In this document: positions 17,513-30,262 of the stretch, piece by piece
Numbering within the stretch: the stretch's first letter is position 1
Layout: the number at the start of each line of letters is the position of its first letter
From: the human T2T-CHM13v2.0 reference genome, Homo sapiens
Strand: one strand, 5' to 3'
Length of the DNA stretch: 64,000 nucleotides
NCBI RefSeq assembly: GCF_009914755.1
Contig: NC_060932.1
The notes under the pieces: generated by a model
The model's input: the letters and a program-made list of their open reading frames with translations, nothing else
Databases searched by the model: none
Told to the model about the DNA's origin: nothing
Translations under genes and position numbers: made by a program

Positions 17513-17916
17513 AGGATTAAATGGATTAAAGACTTAAGTGTGAAACACAAAACTATAAAAACCCTGGAAGACAACCTAGGCAATACCATTCAGGACATAG
17601 GCACGGGCGAAAATTTTATAACAATGACACCAAAAGCAATTGTGACAAAAGCAAAAATAGACGAATGGGATGTAATTAAACTAAGGAGCTTCTGGGCAGC
17701 AAAAGAAACTATTAACAGAGCAAAAAGACAACCTGCAGAATGGGAGAAAACTTTTGCAAGCTATGCATTCGACAAAGATCCAATATACAGCATCTACAAG
17801 GAACTTAAACAAATTTACAAAAAAAAAAAACCTTTAAAAATAGGCAAAAACATGATCAGACACTTCTCAAAAGAAGACATACATGCTGCCAACAATCATA
17901 TGAAAAAAAAAGCTCA
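17513..17916 (+). mobile_element. L1PA ORF2 fragment
   Basis: ORF 17540-17926 [20 protein letters not shown]...[15 protein letters not shown] is L1 ORF2p. Confidence 0.9.
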
Positions 17917-18916
17917 AGGGTCATGAGGGATTATGACAGACAGGAGGCAGAACTAGATGGCAGCTCTGGACAGAGCAGCATGCGGAGGCTTGCGTTGTGA
18001 ATTTTAGCTCCAGATGGACTGCAAGAGCAGACCAGCAATCCTGACAGGACCCACAGACCCTCCGAAGGAAGCAGACTGCTCTTGCAGGACCTGGGAGACA
18101 CCCCAAATACTTTAAGTCCCCTAACCACGGAAATGGGAAAGGGAGACCCTCGTCTCATGAACACACACCCCCACTGGAGAAGCTGAAAGTCTGTTTGTGG
18201 GAGAAGTTCGTGACTTTACCTGGAGCTGAGTCAAGTTAGAGAGCCGAGCTGAGCAACATACAGGAGTAGAGGAAGTAGCACAAAGGCACTGGAAGGCCGC
18301 TGGATCCCCAAGTAGCCCATTCCTGCCTGGCACGGCAGACATCCATCAGGGGGGTGGCCAGAGGAGCAGGGGGTAAAACTTCACAGGGAGAAGAACCTCT
18401 CTAGCTGAACTTTGTAAAAAATTGAATGGGGCTGGAAGCCTCCCGGCCAGAACTCGGGGGAGGGCGTGAATCCGGCTTGCAGACTTCACAGGCGGGGTAA
18501 GAACTGAAGCCCATTTCTTTGTCATTCGGGAGGCAGAAAGCCTCAGGTAAGTTTTCAAGCCAGATTCGCCTTCGGCCTGGAAACAGACTCCGGGCTATCA
18601 CAAGGGGCATTGTGGGAGTGAGACCAGCCTTTCAGTGTGCATGGAAGCTAGCTTTCCCCAACTTCCCTGACAACCTGCATGACTCAGCAGAGGCAGCCAT
18701 AATCCTTCTAGGTACACAACTCCACTGACCTGGGAATCTCACCTCCATCCCCCACAGCAGCCAAAGCAAGACCCACCCAAGGAGAGTCTGAGCTCAGGCA
18801 CGCCTAGCCCCACCCCCACCTGATGGTCCTTCCATATCCACCCTGGTAGCAGAAGACAAAGAACATACGATCTTTGGAGTTCTGGAGCCCTGCCCACCAC
18901 TGGTCCCTCTCCACAG

Positions 18917-19922
18917 TGTCCGGAATTGGTGGGTTCTTGGTCTCGCTGAGTTTAAGAATGAAGCCGCAGACCCTCCTGGTGAGTGTTAACAATTCTTAAA
19001 GATGGTGTGTCCAGAGTTGCTTATTCCTCCCAGTGGGTTCATGGTCTGGCTGGCCTCAGAAGTGAAGTTGCAGACCTTCGCAGTGAGTGTTACAGCGCTT
19101 AAAGGCGGCACGAAACCAAAGAGTGAGCAGCAGCAAGCTATGTTGCAAAAAGCGAAAGAACAAACTTCCCACAGCATGGAAGGGGACCCAAGCCTGTTGA
19201 GCTGTGGGCTCCGGTGGCCTGCTTTTATTCCCTTGTCTGGCCCCCATCCATATCCTGCTGATTGGTCCATTTTACAGAGAGCTGATTGGTCCGTTTTGAC
19301 AGAGTGCTGACTGGTGTATTTACAAACCTTTAGCTAGACAGAGTGCTGATTGGTGCATTTAAAATCCTTTAGCTGGACACAAAAGTTCTTCAAGTCCCCC
19401 ACCAGATTAGCTAGACCCAGAGCGCTGATTGGTGCATTTACAAAGTTTTAGCTAGACACAGAGTGCTGATTGGTGCTTTTACAATCATTTAGCTAGACAG
19501 AAAAGTTCTCCAAGTCCCCAGCGGGCCCAGAAGCCCAGCCGGCTTCACCTCTTGATGGCACTCGCCAGACAGGACTTTGCAGCACCCAGCCCTGGCACTC
19601 CAGCAGCCTAGAGAGAGCTCATCCCCCGGTCAAGCCCAGCAGGCACCGGCCAGCCGCCTCAAGTGTGGGGCCCACCGAGCCCGCGCCCACGCAGAACCCG
19701 CGCCAGCCCACAAGGGCCACACGCAGCCCCGGCTCCCACCACGGCCTCTCCCTCCACACCCTGCGAGCAGAGGGAGCCGGCTCCGGCCTTGACCAGCCCC
19801 AGAGAGGGACCCCCACAGTGCAGTGGCGGGCTGAAGGGCTCCTCGAGTGCAACCAGAGTGGACGCCGAGGCCAAGGAGGCACTGAGAGCAAGCGAGGGTT
19901 GCTAGCATGTTGTCATCTCTCA
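18917..19922 (-). mobile_element. ERV9 solo LTR (LTR12 family, LTR12B-like)
   Basis: Minus strand TGAGAGATGACAACATGCTAGC...CCAATTCCGGACA; GC-rich U3; tandem CACCAATCAGCACTCTGTGTCTAGCT repeats; imperfect 4-bp TSD ACAG/ACAC. Confidence 0.93.
19224..19473 (-). promoter_or_regulatory. LTR12 promoter core: five CCAAT (NF-Y) boxes plus TATA-like AATAAA
   Basis: ATTGG on + at 19261, 19285, 19349, 19428 and 19469; TTTATT at 19224-19229 (GGAATAAAAGC on the minus strand). Confidence 0.7.
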
Positions 19923-20006
19923 ACACTACTACAGCGGATGCTTTCTGGAAAGCGCCATCTCCCAGCAGGAGGCCCATCAGCACAAAAAATAGAGCCTTAA
20001 ACCACC

Positions 20007-20309
20007 AAAATGGTGGAAGCAGTTTGAAAAACAGGTTGGCAGTTTTCAAAGAATTAAAAATAGAGTTAGCATATAACCCAGCAATTCCACTCTTAGGTAT
20101 ATACTTAAGAAAAAAGTTTGTACGTAAGAGTTGAAAAATTCTCAGTGAATTCTTATAGCAGCGTTATTCATAATAGTAAAAAAGCTGAAATAACCCAAAT
20201 GCCCATCAGCTGATAAATATATAAACACATTGTGGTATATTTATATAATACAGTATTATTTATTGATAGAAGGAATGAAATAGCTATATATCCTACAACG
20301 TGGATGACC
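20007..20309 (+). repeat. Inverted ~303-bp copy of 21731-22034
   Basis: Manual alignment gives about 19 differences in 304 bp (~94%); ORF-track entries 20232+ and 21602- share the same 26 N-terminal residues. Confidence 0.95.
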
Positions 20310-20319
20310 CCCATGGAGT

Positions 20320-21440
20320 CATCAGAACACCACCATCATTCTTCAGAGTTAGTAAAAACAATTCTAAAATTCATATGGAACCAAAAAAGAGCCCACATAT
20401 CCAAAGCAAGACAAAGCAATAAGAACAAATCTGGAGGCATCACACTACCTGATTTCAAAGTATGCTATAAGATCATAGTCACCAAAACAGTGTGGTACCA
20501 GAAAAATATATACATCAAAATATGTGCACTTTAATAACATAGCATCAAATTTATAAAACAAAAATTGAGCAACCTACAAGGAAAAATGAAAAAATTCCAA
20601 ACTATAGTGGGAGATTATAACTTATTTTTCTTAGTCATTCAAAGAAAAAGAAGACTTTAAACATCAATAATACATTGGATGTTAATAAAAATTTACTATT
20701 TTTGTGAAGGGAATAATTACAAATAACTTCATTCAACAACTACAGAATACAGTTTTAATAGGACATATTGAATATGCACAAATATTGACCATATAACGAT
20801 TTGTTCTACATGCCAAATCTTAACAAAAGTCAAATAACTGACACTCTACAGAAAGTGTTCATTTATCACACTGATATGAAATTATAAGAAACTGTTCTAA
20901 AACCCAGTTAATTAAAGAAAAAAATCTTAGTGAAAAAATAAATATATTGAAATTAAAATATTACTTATTAAAACTTTTTGGATTCCATTGGTATAATATT
21001 AAAGAGGAAATTCAGGGTCATAATTGCTAATATTAGAAAATAATAATGGTGAGTCTTTGGCAATACCATCATGAACACTCCTGATCTCATCTGATCTCAG
21101 AAGAAAATAATAATAGAAAACAGAAACATCTCAGTCTTTGCAGTATGAATTACAAAGAAAATAAAATGCACAAATAAAAGTAACAGGAAAAAAGGAAGCA
21201 TCTTTAAATATGCAAAACCATTAACGAAACTTGACAAAATTAACTCAAGATGAAACAGAAAATAAGAATGTTTTCCTGAATTAATAAAGCAACTAATTCT
21301 GTAATCAATAACCTTCCAAAAAAGAGGGCACTTAACTTATATTTTCAACCACATTTCAGAAATTTAAAAAATTGTAATTATATCCAACTCTTCTAAGAAA
21401 AAAAGAAAAAGGGACACTCCAAAACATCGTATTTATCAAA
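20320..21440 (+). mobile_element. L1 ORF2 fragments (L1PB-type, then older L1M)
   Basis: [35 protein letters not shown], followed by degenerate endonuclease-region sequence. Confidence 0.7.
21053..21103 (+). pseudogene. 5S rRNA pseudogene (first ~51 nt only; RNA5SP-type retrocopy)
   Basis: GTCTTTGGCAATACCATCATGAACACTCCTGATCTCATCTGATCTCAGAAG aligns to 5S nt 1-51 (GTCTACGGCCATACCACCCTGAACGCGCCCGATCTCGTCTGATCTCGGAAG); TSD AGAAAATAATAAT at 21035-21047 and 21102-21114. Confidence 0.88.
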
Positions 21441-23683
21441 ACAATTTTTATTAAGATAATATTCACACAATGAAATATTCACTATTTCAACCATTTTGAT
21501 TTGTTTAATTTAATAGATGTTAGTATATTTACAATGTTGTGCAGCCATCACCACTATTTGATTCCAAAACCTTTCCATCACCCCAAAAAGAAACTCCTTC
21601 TCTAATCCCCAGAAACTAGTAATTTGTTTTCTATCTTTATAGATTTGACTATTCTGGACAGTACATAACTGGAATTATAAAATATATACCCATTTGTGTC
21701 TGCCTTCCATAACTTAACATAATTTTTCAAGGTCATCCAAGTTGTAGGATATATAGCTATTTCATTCCTTCTATCAATAAATAATACTGTGTTATATAAA
21801 TATACCACATTGTGTTTATATATTTATCAGCTGATGGGCATTTGGGTTATTTCAGGTTTTTTTACTATTATGAATAATGCTGCTATGAGAATTCATTGAG
21901 AATTTTTCAACTCTTAGGTAGAAACTATTTTCTTAAGTATATACCTAAGAGTAGAATTGCTGGGTTATATGGTGACTCTATTTTTAATTCTTTAAGAAAT
22001 GCCAACCTGTTTTTCAAACTACCTCCACCATTTTATGTTTCCATCAGAAATGTATGAGAATCCAATTTCTCCACATTTTCCACAACACTTGTTATTTTCC
22101 ATCTTTCTTGATGATAGTTATTCCACTCGATATCAAATGGTATCTCATTGTGGTTTTGATTTTCATTTCCCTTTCATGTGCTTATAGCCCACTTAAATAT
22201 CTTTTTCAAAAAACTATTCAAATCTTTTGATCATTTCTTAGATCATTTGTGTTTTATTGTCGTTGTTGCTGCTGCTGATTTGTAGTAGTTCTTTATATAT
22301 TCTGGATATTAATCCAATTTTCAAATATTTTTCTCATATTCATTGGGCTTTTTTCCCCTTCCTTGGCAGTATCCTTTAATGCACTCAAATTTTTAACTTA
22401 AATGAAGTCCAATTTAACTATTTTTTGTGGCTATGTTTTTGGTGTCATATTTAAGAAAGCATTGCCTAATCTAAGGTCACAAATATTTGTACCATTTTTT
22501 CCTAAACATTTACAATTTTAGTTATCACATTAAGGTCTTTGGTCAGTTTTGAATTAATTCTCATATATGGCATGAGGTAGACAAATTTTTCCTTTTACAT
22601 GTGGATATCCAGTTGTCCCAGCACCATTTGTTGAAGACTATTCGTTCCTCATTAAATGGTCTTGGCACCCTTGTTGAAAATCAATTGCATGTAGATGAAT
22701 GGGTTTATTTCTGAACTTTAAATTTGATTTTATCAGTCTATATGTCTATTCTTACACCATTATCACACTGTTCAGATTATTGTGACTTTGAGGTAAGTTT
22801 TGAAATTGAGAAATTTGAGTGCTCCCACTTTGTTCTTCTATTTCAAAATTGTTTTGGATATTTAATCGTCTTTTCATTTCTATATAAATTTTAGAATAAT
22901 TTTTGTCAATTTCTGCAAAAAGACAGAATTTTGATAGGGGTTGCATTAAATCTGTAAATCAATTTGGGAAGTATTTTCAGTTAAATTATATTAAATCTTC
23001 CAACTCATGAGCATGAGAAATCTTTCCATTCACTTGGGTCTTCTTTTTCTTTCAAAAATATTTTGTAGACTCAGCGGACAAGTCTTACACTTGCTTCATT
23101 GCACTATTTCCTATGTATTTAATGTTTTATGCTATTGTAAGTATCATTGTTTTCTTCATTTAACTTCCAAGTTGTTCATTCCTATTACAGAAAAGAAATG
23201 CAGCTGATTTTTGCATATTGATCTTGTATCTTCAAACTTTGTTGAAATTGTTTATTAGCCCTAATAGATTTTTGTGAATTCTTTTGAGTATTCTACATGT
23301 AATATCATTTCATGGCTTAATGGAGATAATAATGCTTCTTCCTTTCCTCCGAATGCCTTTAGTTTCTTCTTAGCCTAATTGCCTTTGCTAGAACTTTCAG
23401 CACATTGTTGAACGGAAGTGTCAAGGACAGACATTCTTTTCTTGTTCCTGTTTTTAGGAGAAAACCTTTTAGTCTTTCACTATTAGGTATGATGTTAGCT
23501 ACACTTTTCTTATCGATGCTCGTTATCAGGGTGAGAAAATTGTCTTGGATTTATGATTTCTTGAGTGTCATCATGAAAGGACACTAGATTTTGTCAAATA
23601 ATTGTTTATGTCTTTTGAGACGATTGTGGCTTTTTTTCCCTTTATTCTACTAATATTGATTGATTTTGCAGATTTAAAAAAAC

Positions 23684-23996
23684 TTCTTTTTTTTCTTCTT
23701 TTTTTTTTTTTTTTGAGACAGGGTCTTGCTGTGTCACCCAGGCTGGAGGGCAGTGGTGCAATCTCACCTCACTGCAGCCTCTGCTTCTCGGGTTCAAGCG
23801 ATTCTCTTGCCTCAGCCACCGGAGTAGCTGAAATTACAGTCGTGCGCCACCGCGCCCAGCTAAATTTGTATCTTTAGTGGAGATGGAGTATTGCCATGTT
23901 GGCCAGGCTGGTCTCGAACTCCTGGCCTCAAGTGACCTGCCTGCCTTAGCCTCCCAAAGTGCCGGGATTACCGGCTTGAGCCACCGCCCACAAGCC
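23684..23996 (-). mobile_element. Alu SINE (AluSz/J)
   Basis: Poly-T plus reverse-complement Alu. Confidence 0.93.
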
Positions 23997-24448
23997 AATT
24001 CTTAAAATAAATTGCACTTGGTTGTGGTGTATAATCCTTCTAATGTATTGCTAGATTCCATTTTAAAGTATTTTGTTAAGAATTTTTGTATCTTTATTTA
24101 TAAAGAATACTGGACTAGTTTTCATTTCTGGTAATGTCTTTGTCTTGCTTTCATGTCAGGGTAATACTGGTCACATAAAATTAGTTTGGAAATGTGTCAT
24201 AATTTTTTAAAGACTGTAGGAAAGCTTAGCCTTCATTATTCTTTAAACGTGATTAAATTCACTAGTACAGCCATCTGGTCCTGGATTATATTTTTGGAAG
24301 TTTTTGATCACAGACTCACTACCGTCACTTGTTATATGTCTATCTGTATTTTTTATTTCTTCTTGACTCAGTTTTGGTAGTTTATTTGTAGAAATTGTCC
24401 ATCATTTTATTTAGGGTATCTAATTTGTTGACATACAATTATTCATAG

Positions 24449-24811
<363 letters not shown>

Positions 24812-26071
24812 TTTATTTTTAATTTTAGTAATTTATGTATTCTTCCTTTTTTCCTTGGTCAGTATAGCAAAAGGTTAGTCAAGTTTCTCGATCTTTTCAA
24901 ATAATCAACTTTTGGTTTTGTTGATTTCTCTACTGTTTTGTTATTCTCTATTTCACTTTGCTCTAATATTTATTATTTTATTTTTCCTGCTTGCTGTGAA
25001 TTTAATTAGTTCTTCTTTTCCTGGGTTCTGAATTTCGAATGTTAGCTATCTATTTTATTCATTCTTTTTTAAGGTAAGGGTTTACATCTATAAATTTTTA
25101 TCTGAGCTTAGCTTTTGCTGCATCCCTGATTGTATTTTCATTTTCGTTCTTCTCCAAGTATTTTTCAATTCCCTTTGTGATTTCTTCTTGGACACATTGG
25201 TTATGTAGGGGTATGGTGTTTAATTCTCACATATTTGTGAATTTTTCAGTTTTTTTTTCTGTTACTGATTTTTAGTTTCATCCCACAGTGATTGGAGAAA
25301 GTATTTTGTATGATTTTAATATTTTAAAATTTTCTGAGATTTATTTTATGGCCTAACGTGGACTATTCTGGAGACTGTTTTGTGTTTACTTAAGAAAAAA
25401 ATATGTATTCACCTGTTGTTAATAGGAGTGTTGTATAGATGTCTGTTAGTCTACTGGTTTATAGTGTTGCTCAAGTTTTCCATTTTCTTACCGGTCTTCT
25501 ATCTAGTTATTTTGTATTATTAAATTTAGAGTATCAGAATATCCATACTTTTTAGCTATTCTCTCTTCAGTTATATTAGCATATATGTATTTCAGGGCTC
25601 TCTTATTAGGTGCATACATATTTATAATTATTATATCTTATTAATGGATTGACCCTTTTAATATTATACAATATCCTTTTGGTTATAAAAATTTTGTCTT
25701 GAAGTCTATTTTGTCTGACATTAATATAGCTATTTCTGCTCTTTTTTGGTCACAATTTGCATGAAATATTATTTTCCATTCTTTTTTTTCAAACTACTTG
25801 TGTATTTTAATCTAAAATGAGCCTCATAGATAACATATAATTGGATCATGTTTTTAAATATATTCTCTCAATCTCTGCCTTTAATTGTAGAATTTAATTC
25901 ATTTACATGGACTATAATTCCTAATAAGGAAGGATTTCTGCCATTTTTCTATTTGTTGTCTATATATCTTATATCTTTTTTGTTCTTCAATTCTTTCATT
26001 CCTCCATTATTGCCTTCCTTTGTATTAAATATTTCTAGTGTATCATTTTAATTATCTTGTTCTTGTACTAC

Positions 26072-28732
26072 TTTTTTTTATTTTTTCATTTTACTTTAAG
26101 TTCTGGGATACAAGTCCAAAACGTGTAGGTTTGTTGCAAGGTTTACCTGTGCCCTGGTGGTTTGCTGCTCCTAGCAACCCGTCATTTAGGTTTTAAGCTC
26201 CACATGAATGAGCTGTTTATCCTAATGCTCTCCCTCCCCTCGCGCCCCCATCCCCTGACTGGCCCTGGTGTGTGTTGTTCCCCTTCCTGTGTCCATGTGT
26301 TCTCATTGTTCAACTCCCACATATGAGTGAGAACACGCGGTGTTAGTTTTTCTGTTCCTGTGTTAGTTTGCTGAGGATGATGGCTTCCAGCTTCATCCAT
26401 GCCCCTGCAAAGGACATGTTCTCATTCCTTTTTATGGCTGCATAGTATTCCATGGTGTATATTTACCACATTTTCTTTACCAGTCTATCACTGATAGTCA
26501 TTTGGGTTGGTTACATGTCTTTCCTATTGTAAATAGTGCTGTAATAAACATACGTGTGCTTGTATCTTTACAGTAGAATGATTTATGATTCCTTTGGGTA
26601 TATGCCCAGTGATGGGATTGCTGGGACAAATGGTATTTCTGGTTCTAGATCCTTGAAGAATCGCCACACTGTCTTCTACAATGGTTGATCTGATTTACTT
26701 TCCCACCAACAGTGTAAAAGCATTCCTATTTCTCCAGAGCATCACCAGCATCTATTGCTTCTTGACTTTTTAATAATCACCATTCTGACTGGCATGAAAT
26801 ATTATCTCATTGTGGTTTTGATTTGCATTTCTTTAATAATCAGTGATGTTGAGCTTTTTTTTATGTTTGTTAGCCGCATAAATGTCTTCTTTTGAGAAGT
26901 GTCTGTTCATATTCTTTGCCAACTTTTTAAGGGGGTTGTTTTTTCTTGTAAATTTGTTTAAGCTCCTTGTAGATTCTGGATATTAGACCTTTGTCAGATG
27001 GGGAGATTTCAAAAATTTTCTCCCATTCTGTAGGTTTCCTGTTCACTCTGATGATAGTTTCTTTTGCTGTGCAGAAGCTCTTTAGCTTAATTAGATCCCA
27101 TTTGTCAATTTTGACTTTTGTTACAAATGCTTTTGGCATTTTCGTCATGAAGTCTTTGCCCATGCCTATGTCCTGAATGGTATTGCCTAGGTTTTCTCCT
27201 AGAATCTTTATGGTTTTGGGTTTTACATTTAAGTCTTTAATGCATCTTGAGTTAAATTTTGTATAAGGTGTAAGGAAGGGGTCCACTTTTAATTTTCTGA
27301 ATATGGCTAGCCATTTTTCCCATCACCATTTATTAAAGAGGGAATCACATCATCTGCAAACAGAGACAATTTGACTTCCTCTCTTCCTATTTGAATACTT
27401 TTATTTCTTTCTCTTGCCTGTTTGCCCTGGCCAGAAGTTCCAATACTATGTTGAATAGGAGCGGTGAGAGAGGGTATCCTTGTCTTGTGCTGGTTTTCTA
27501 TCTCTGGTGGAATTCAGCTCTGAATCAGTCTGGTCCTGGACTTTTTTTGGGTGGTAGACTATTAATTACTGTCTCAATTTCACAGCTTCTTACTGGTCTA
27601 TTCAGGGATTCACCTTCTTCCAGGTTTAGTCTTGAGAGGGTGTATATGTCCAGGAATTTATGCATTTCTTCTAGGTTTTCTACTTTATTTGCATAGAGGT
27701 ATTTATAGTATTCTCTAGTGATAATTTGTATTTCTGTAGGGTCAGTGGTGATATCCCCTTTATCATTTTTATTGTGTCTATTTGATTCTCCTCTCTTTTC
27801 TTCTTTATTAGTCTAGCTAGTGGTCTATTTTGTTAATTTCTTCAAGAAATCAGCTTGTGGATTAATTGATTTCTTGAAGGGTTTTTTTGTATCTCTATCT
27901 CCTTCAGTTCTGCTCTGATCTTAGTTATTTCTTGCCTTCTGCTAGCTTTTGGATTTGTTTGTTGCTCCTCTAGCTCTTCTAATTGTGATGTTAGGCTGTC
28001 ATTTTCGAGATCTTTCTAGCTTTCTGATGTGGGCATTTAGTGCTATAAATTTCCCTCTTAACACTGCTTTAGCTGTGTCCCAGAGAGTCTGGTATGTGGT
28101 CTTTGTTCTCATTGGTTTCAAATAACTTCTTGATTTCTGCCTTAATTTCCTTATTTACCCAGGAGTCATTCAGGAGCAGGTTGTTCAATTTCCATGTAGT
28201 TGTGTGGTTTTGAGTGAGTTTCTTCATCCTGAGTTCTAATTTGATTGCACTCTGGTCTGAGAGACCGTTTGTTATATTTTCAGTTCTTTTGCATTTTCTG
28301 ATGAGTGTTTTACTGCCAACTATGCAGTCGATTTTAGAATATGTGTCATGTGGCACTGAATAGAATATATATTCTGTTGATATGGGGTGGAGAGTTCTGT
28401 AGATGTCTATTAAGTCCACTAGATCCAGAGCTGAGTTCAAGTCCTGCATATCTTTGTTAATTTTCTGTCTTGTTGATCTAATATTGACAGTGGGGTGTTA
28501 AAGTCTCTCATTATTATTTTGCGGGAGTCTAAGTCTCTTTGCAGGTGTCTAAGAATTTGTTTTATGAATCTAGGTGCTCCTGTATTGGGTGCATATATAT
28601 TTAGGATAGTTAGCTCTTCTCGTTGAATTGATCCCTTTATCATTATGTAATACTCTTCTTTGTCTTTTTTTATCTTTGTTGGTTTAAACTCTGTTTTGTC
28701 AGGGACTAGAATTGCAACCCCTGCTTTTTTTG
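26072..28732 (-). mobile_element. 5'-truncated L1PA (PA7/8-like) with internal deletions near 27347 and 27497
   Basis: ORF2p fragments in ORFs 26927-27286, 28069-28449 and 28437-28643 (endonuclease motif LNIYAPNTGAPRFIKQ); 3'UTR and T-tail at the left end. Confidence 0.92.
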
Positions 28733-28901
28733 GCTGAGATTACAGGCATGGGCCACCATGCCCAGCTAATTTTGTATTTTTGGTAGACACGGGATTTCTC
28801 CATGTTGGTCAGGCTGCTCTCGAACTCCTGACCTCAGGTGATCCGCCCGCCTCGGCCTCCCAAAGTGCTGGGATTACAGGCGTGAGCAACCGGGCCCAAC
28901 C
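28733..28901 (-). mobile_element. Alu 5' portion (~170 nt), lacking its 3' end and fused to the L1
   Basis: Left arm, linker and start of right arm; no A-tail. Confidence 0.9.
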
Positions 28902-28971
28902 TAAATCACATCTTTATACATCGTATGATCATCAACATACGTTTATATTTATTGCTTTATGCATTGACTTT

Positions 28972-29525
28972 CTTTTTATTGTATTTAAGATATACAATAT
29001 TATGTTTGTGTATATATACATATATATATAGTGCAATGATTGCCATAATCAAGCAAATTAACATATCCGTCATCTCACATAGTTACTTTTTTGTGGTAAA
29101 AGTATCTAAAATCTGCTCTGGGCAAATTTCTGGAGTATGATACATTATTAACTACAGCTCTTGTGTTGTACATGAGATCTCTAGGCATATGTATTTTATA
29201 TAGCTGAAACTTGTACCCTTTGGCTTTCATCTTCCATCTTCCACACATCTCCCACCTCTTTCTAACCTTTCTATTTCTTAGGGCTTTTGTGGGGCTTTTT
29301 TGTTTAGGGTCTACCTATAAATGAGACAATGCAGTATTTTTCTTTCTGTGCCTGATTTATTATTAGCATAATGTCTTCTAGGTTCATCCATGTTGATGCA
29401 AATGAAAGAAACTTCTTTACAAAACTGAGTGATATTTTATTATGTATATAATTCCTTTATCCATCTGTTCATAAACACTTAGGTTTTTTCAATATCTTGG
29501 GTAATGTGAGTAATGCTGCAATGTG
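28972..29525 (-). mobile_element. L1MA 3' end
   Basis: aatcaagcaaattaacatatccgtcatctcacatagttac is a typical L1MA 3'UTR motif. Confidence 0.75.
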
Positions 29526-29597
29526 ATGTGCAGTTGTTTTTAAATCAGAAGAAAAGAGGATATTGCTTATATATACTAAAGTTCCCTTTATTAAAGA

Positions 29598-29621
29598 TAC
29601 ACACACACACACACACACACA
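29598..29621. repeat. (CA)n microsatellite
   Basis: About 12 CA units. Confidence 0.9.
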
Positions 29622-29764
29622 CCAGCATTTTTACTCCTTTATGTGTTTGAAATTACTATATAATGTTCTTTCATTTCAGCCCAAATCACTCCTTGTAGAA
29701 TTTTTTGTCATCCCACCGCATTCTTAAAAGAGGTCAGCTGTAAATTTACTGTGAATCACTAATA

Positions 29765-30261
29765 ACTAATCTTCCCTTATCTGCAATTTTACTTTCCATG
29801 GCTTCAGTTACCTATGGTCAACTTTCACCTGAAAATATTAAATGGAAAATTTCAGAAATAAACAATTTTCAATTGCATGCCATTCGAGCAGCATGATGAA
29901 ATCTCATGCTATCTGGCTTCATCCCACTTGGGATGTGAACCATTCCTTTGTCCAGAATATTCATCCTGTATATGCTACCGACCCATTAGTCAATTAACAC
30001 CTGTCCTGGTTATCAGATTGACTGTCACGCTATCACAGTCCTGTATTCAAGTAACCCTAATTTTACTTAATAATGGCCCCAAAATGCAAGAGTACTCCCC
30101 CAATTTATATAATAAAATTATCAAATTTTAAATTTTGATTAAATGTTATTGTAAGTATGTATTAAAAAACATAATATGTGTATGATTCAATACTATCCAT
30201 GGTTTCAGGCATTCACTAGGAGTTTTGAAATGTATCCCTCATGGATAAGAAGGAACTACTG
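29765..30261. mobile_element. MER44/Tigger7 non-autonomous DNA transposon
   Basis: Degenerate TIRs (cttcccttatctgc ... ggataagaaggaactactg) and internal gaaaatattaaatggaaaatttcagaaataaacaatt. Confidence 0.8.
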
Positions 30262-30262
30262 T

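Larger units (their letters stand above)
17926..20006 (+). mobile_element. L1PB-type 5'UTR, split by an LTR12 insertion
   Basis: ggaggcagaactagatggcagctc start; the UTR sequence ...ccctctccac resumes after the LTR as acactactacagcggatgctttctgg. Confidence 0.75.

Noticed and set aside
19260-19520. Regularly spaced repeats resembling a CRISPR-like array
   Set aside because: These are the normal LTR12 U3 enhancer repeats in eukaryotic DNA; there are no unique spacers.
19577-20134. Cluster of overlapping ORFs on both strands
   Set aside because: Result of stop-poor, GC-rich LTR12 U3 sequence.
26927-28643. L1 ORF2 endonuclease and C-terminal ORFs as an active element
   Set aside because: Fragmented by frameshifts, 5' truncation and deletions through the RT region.
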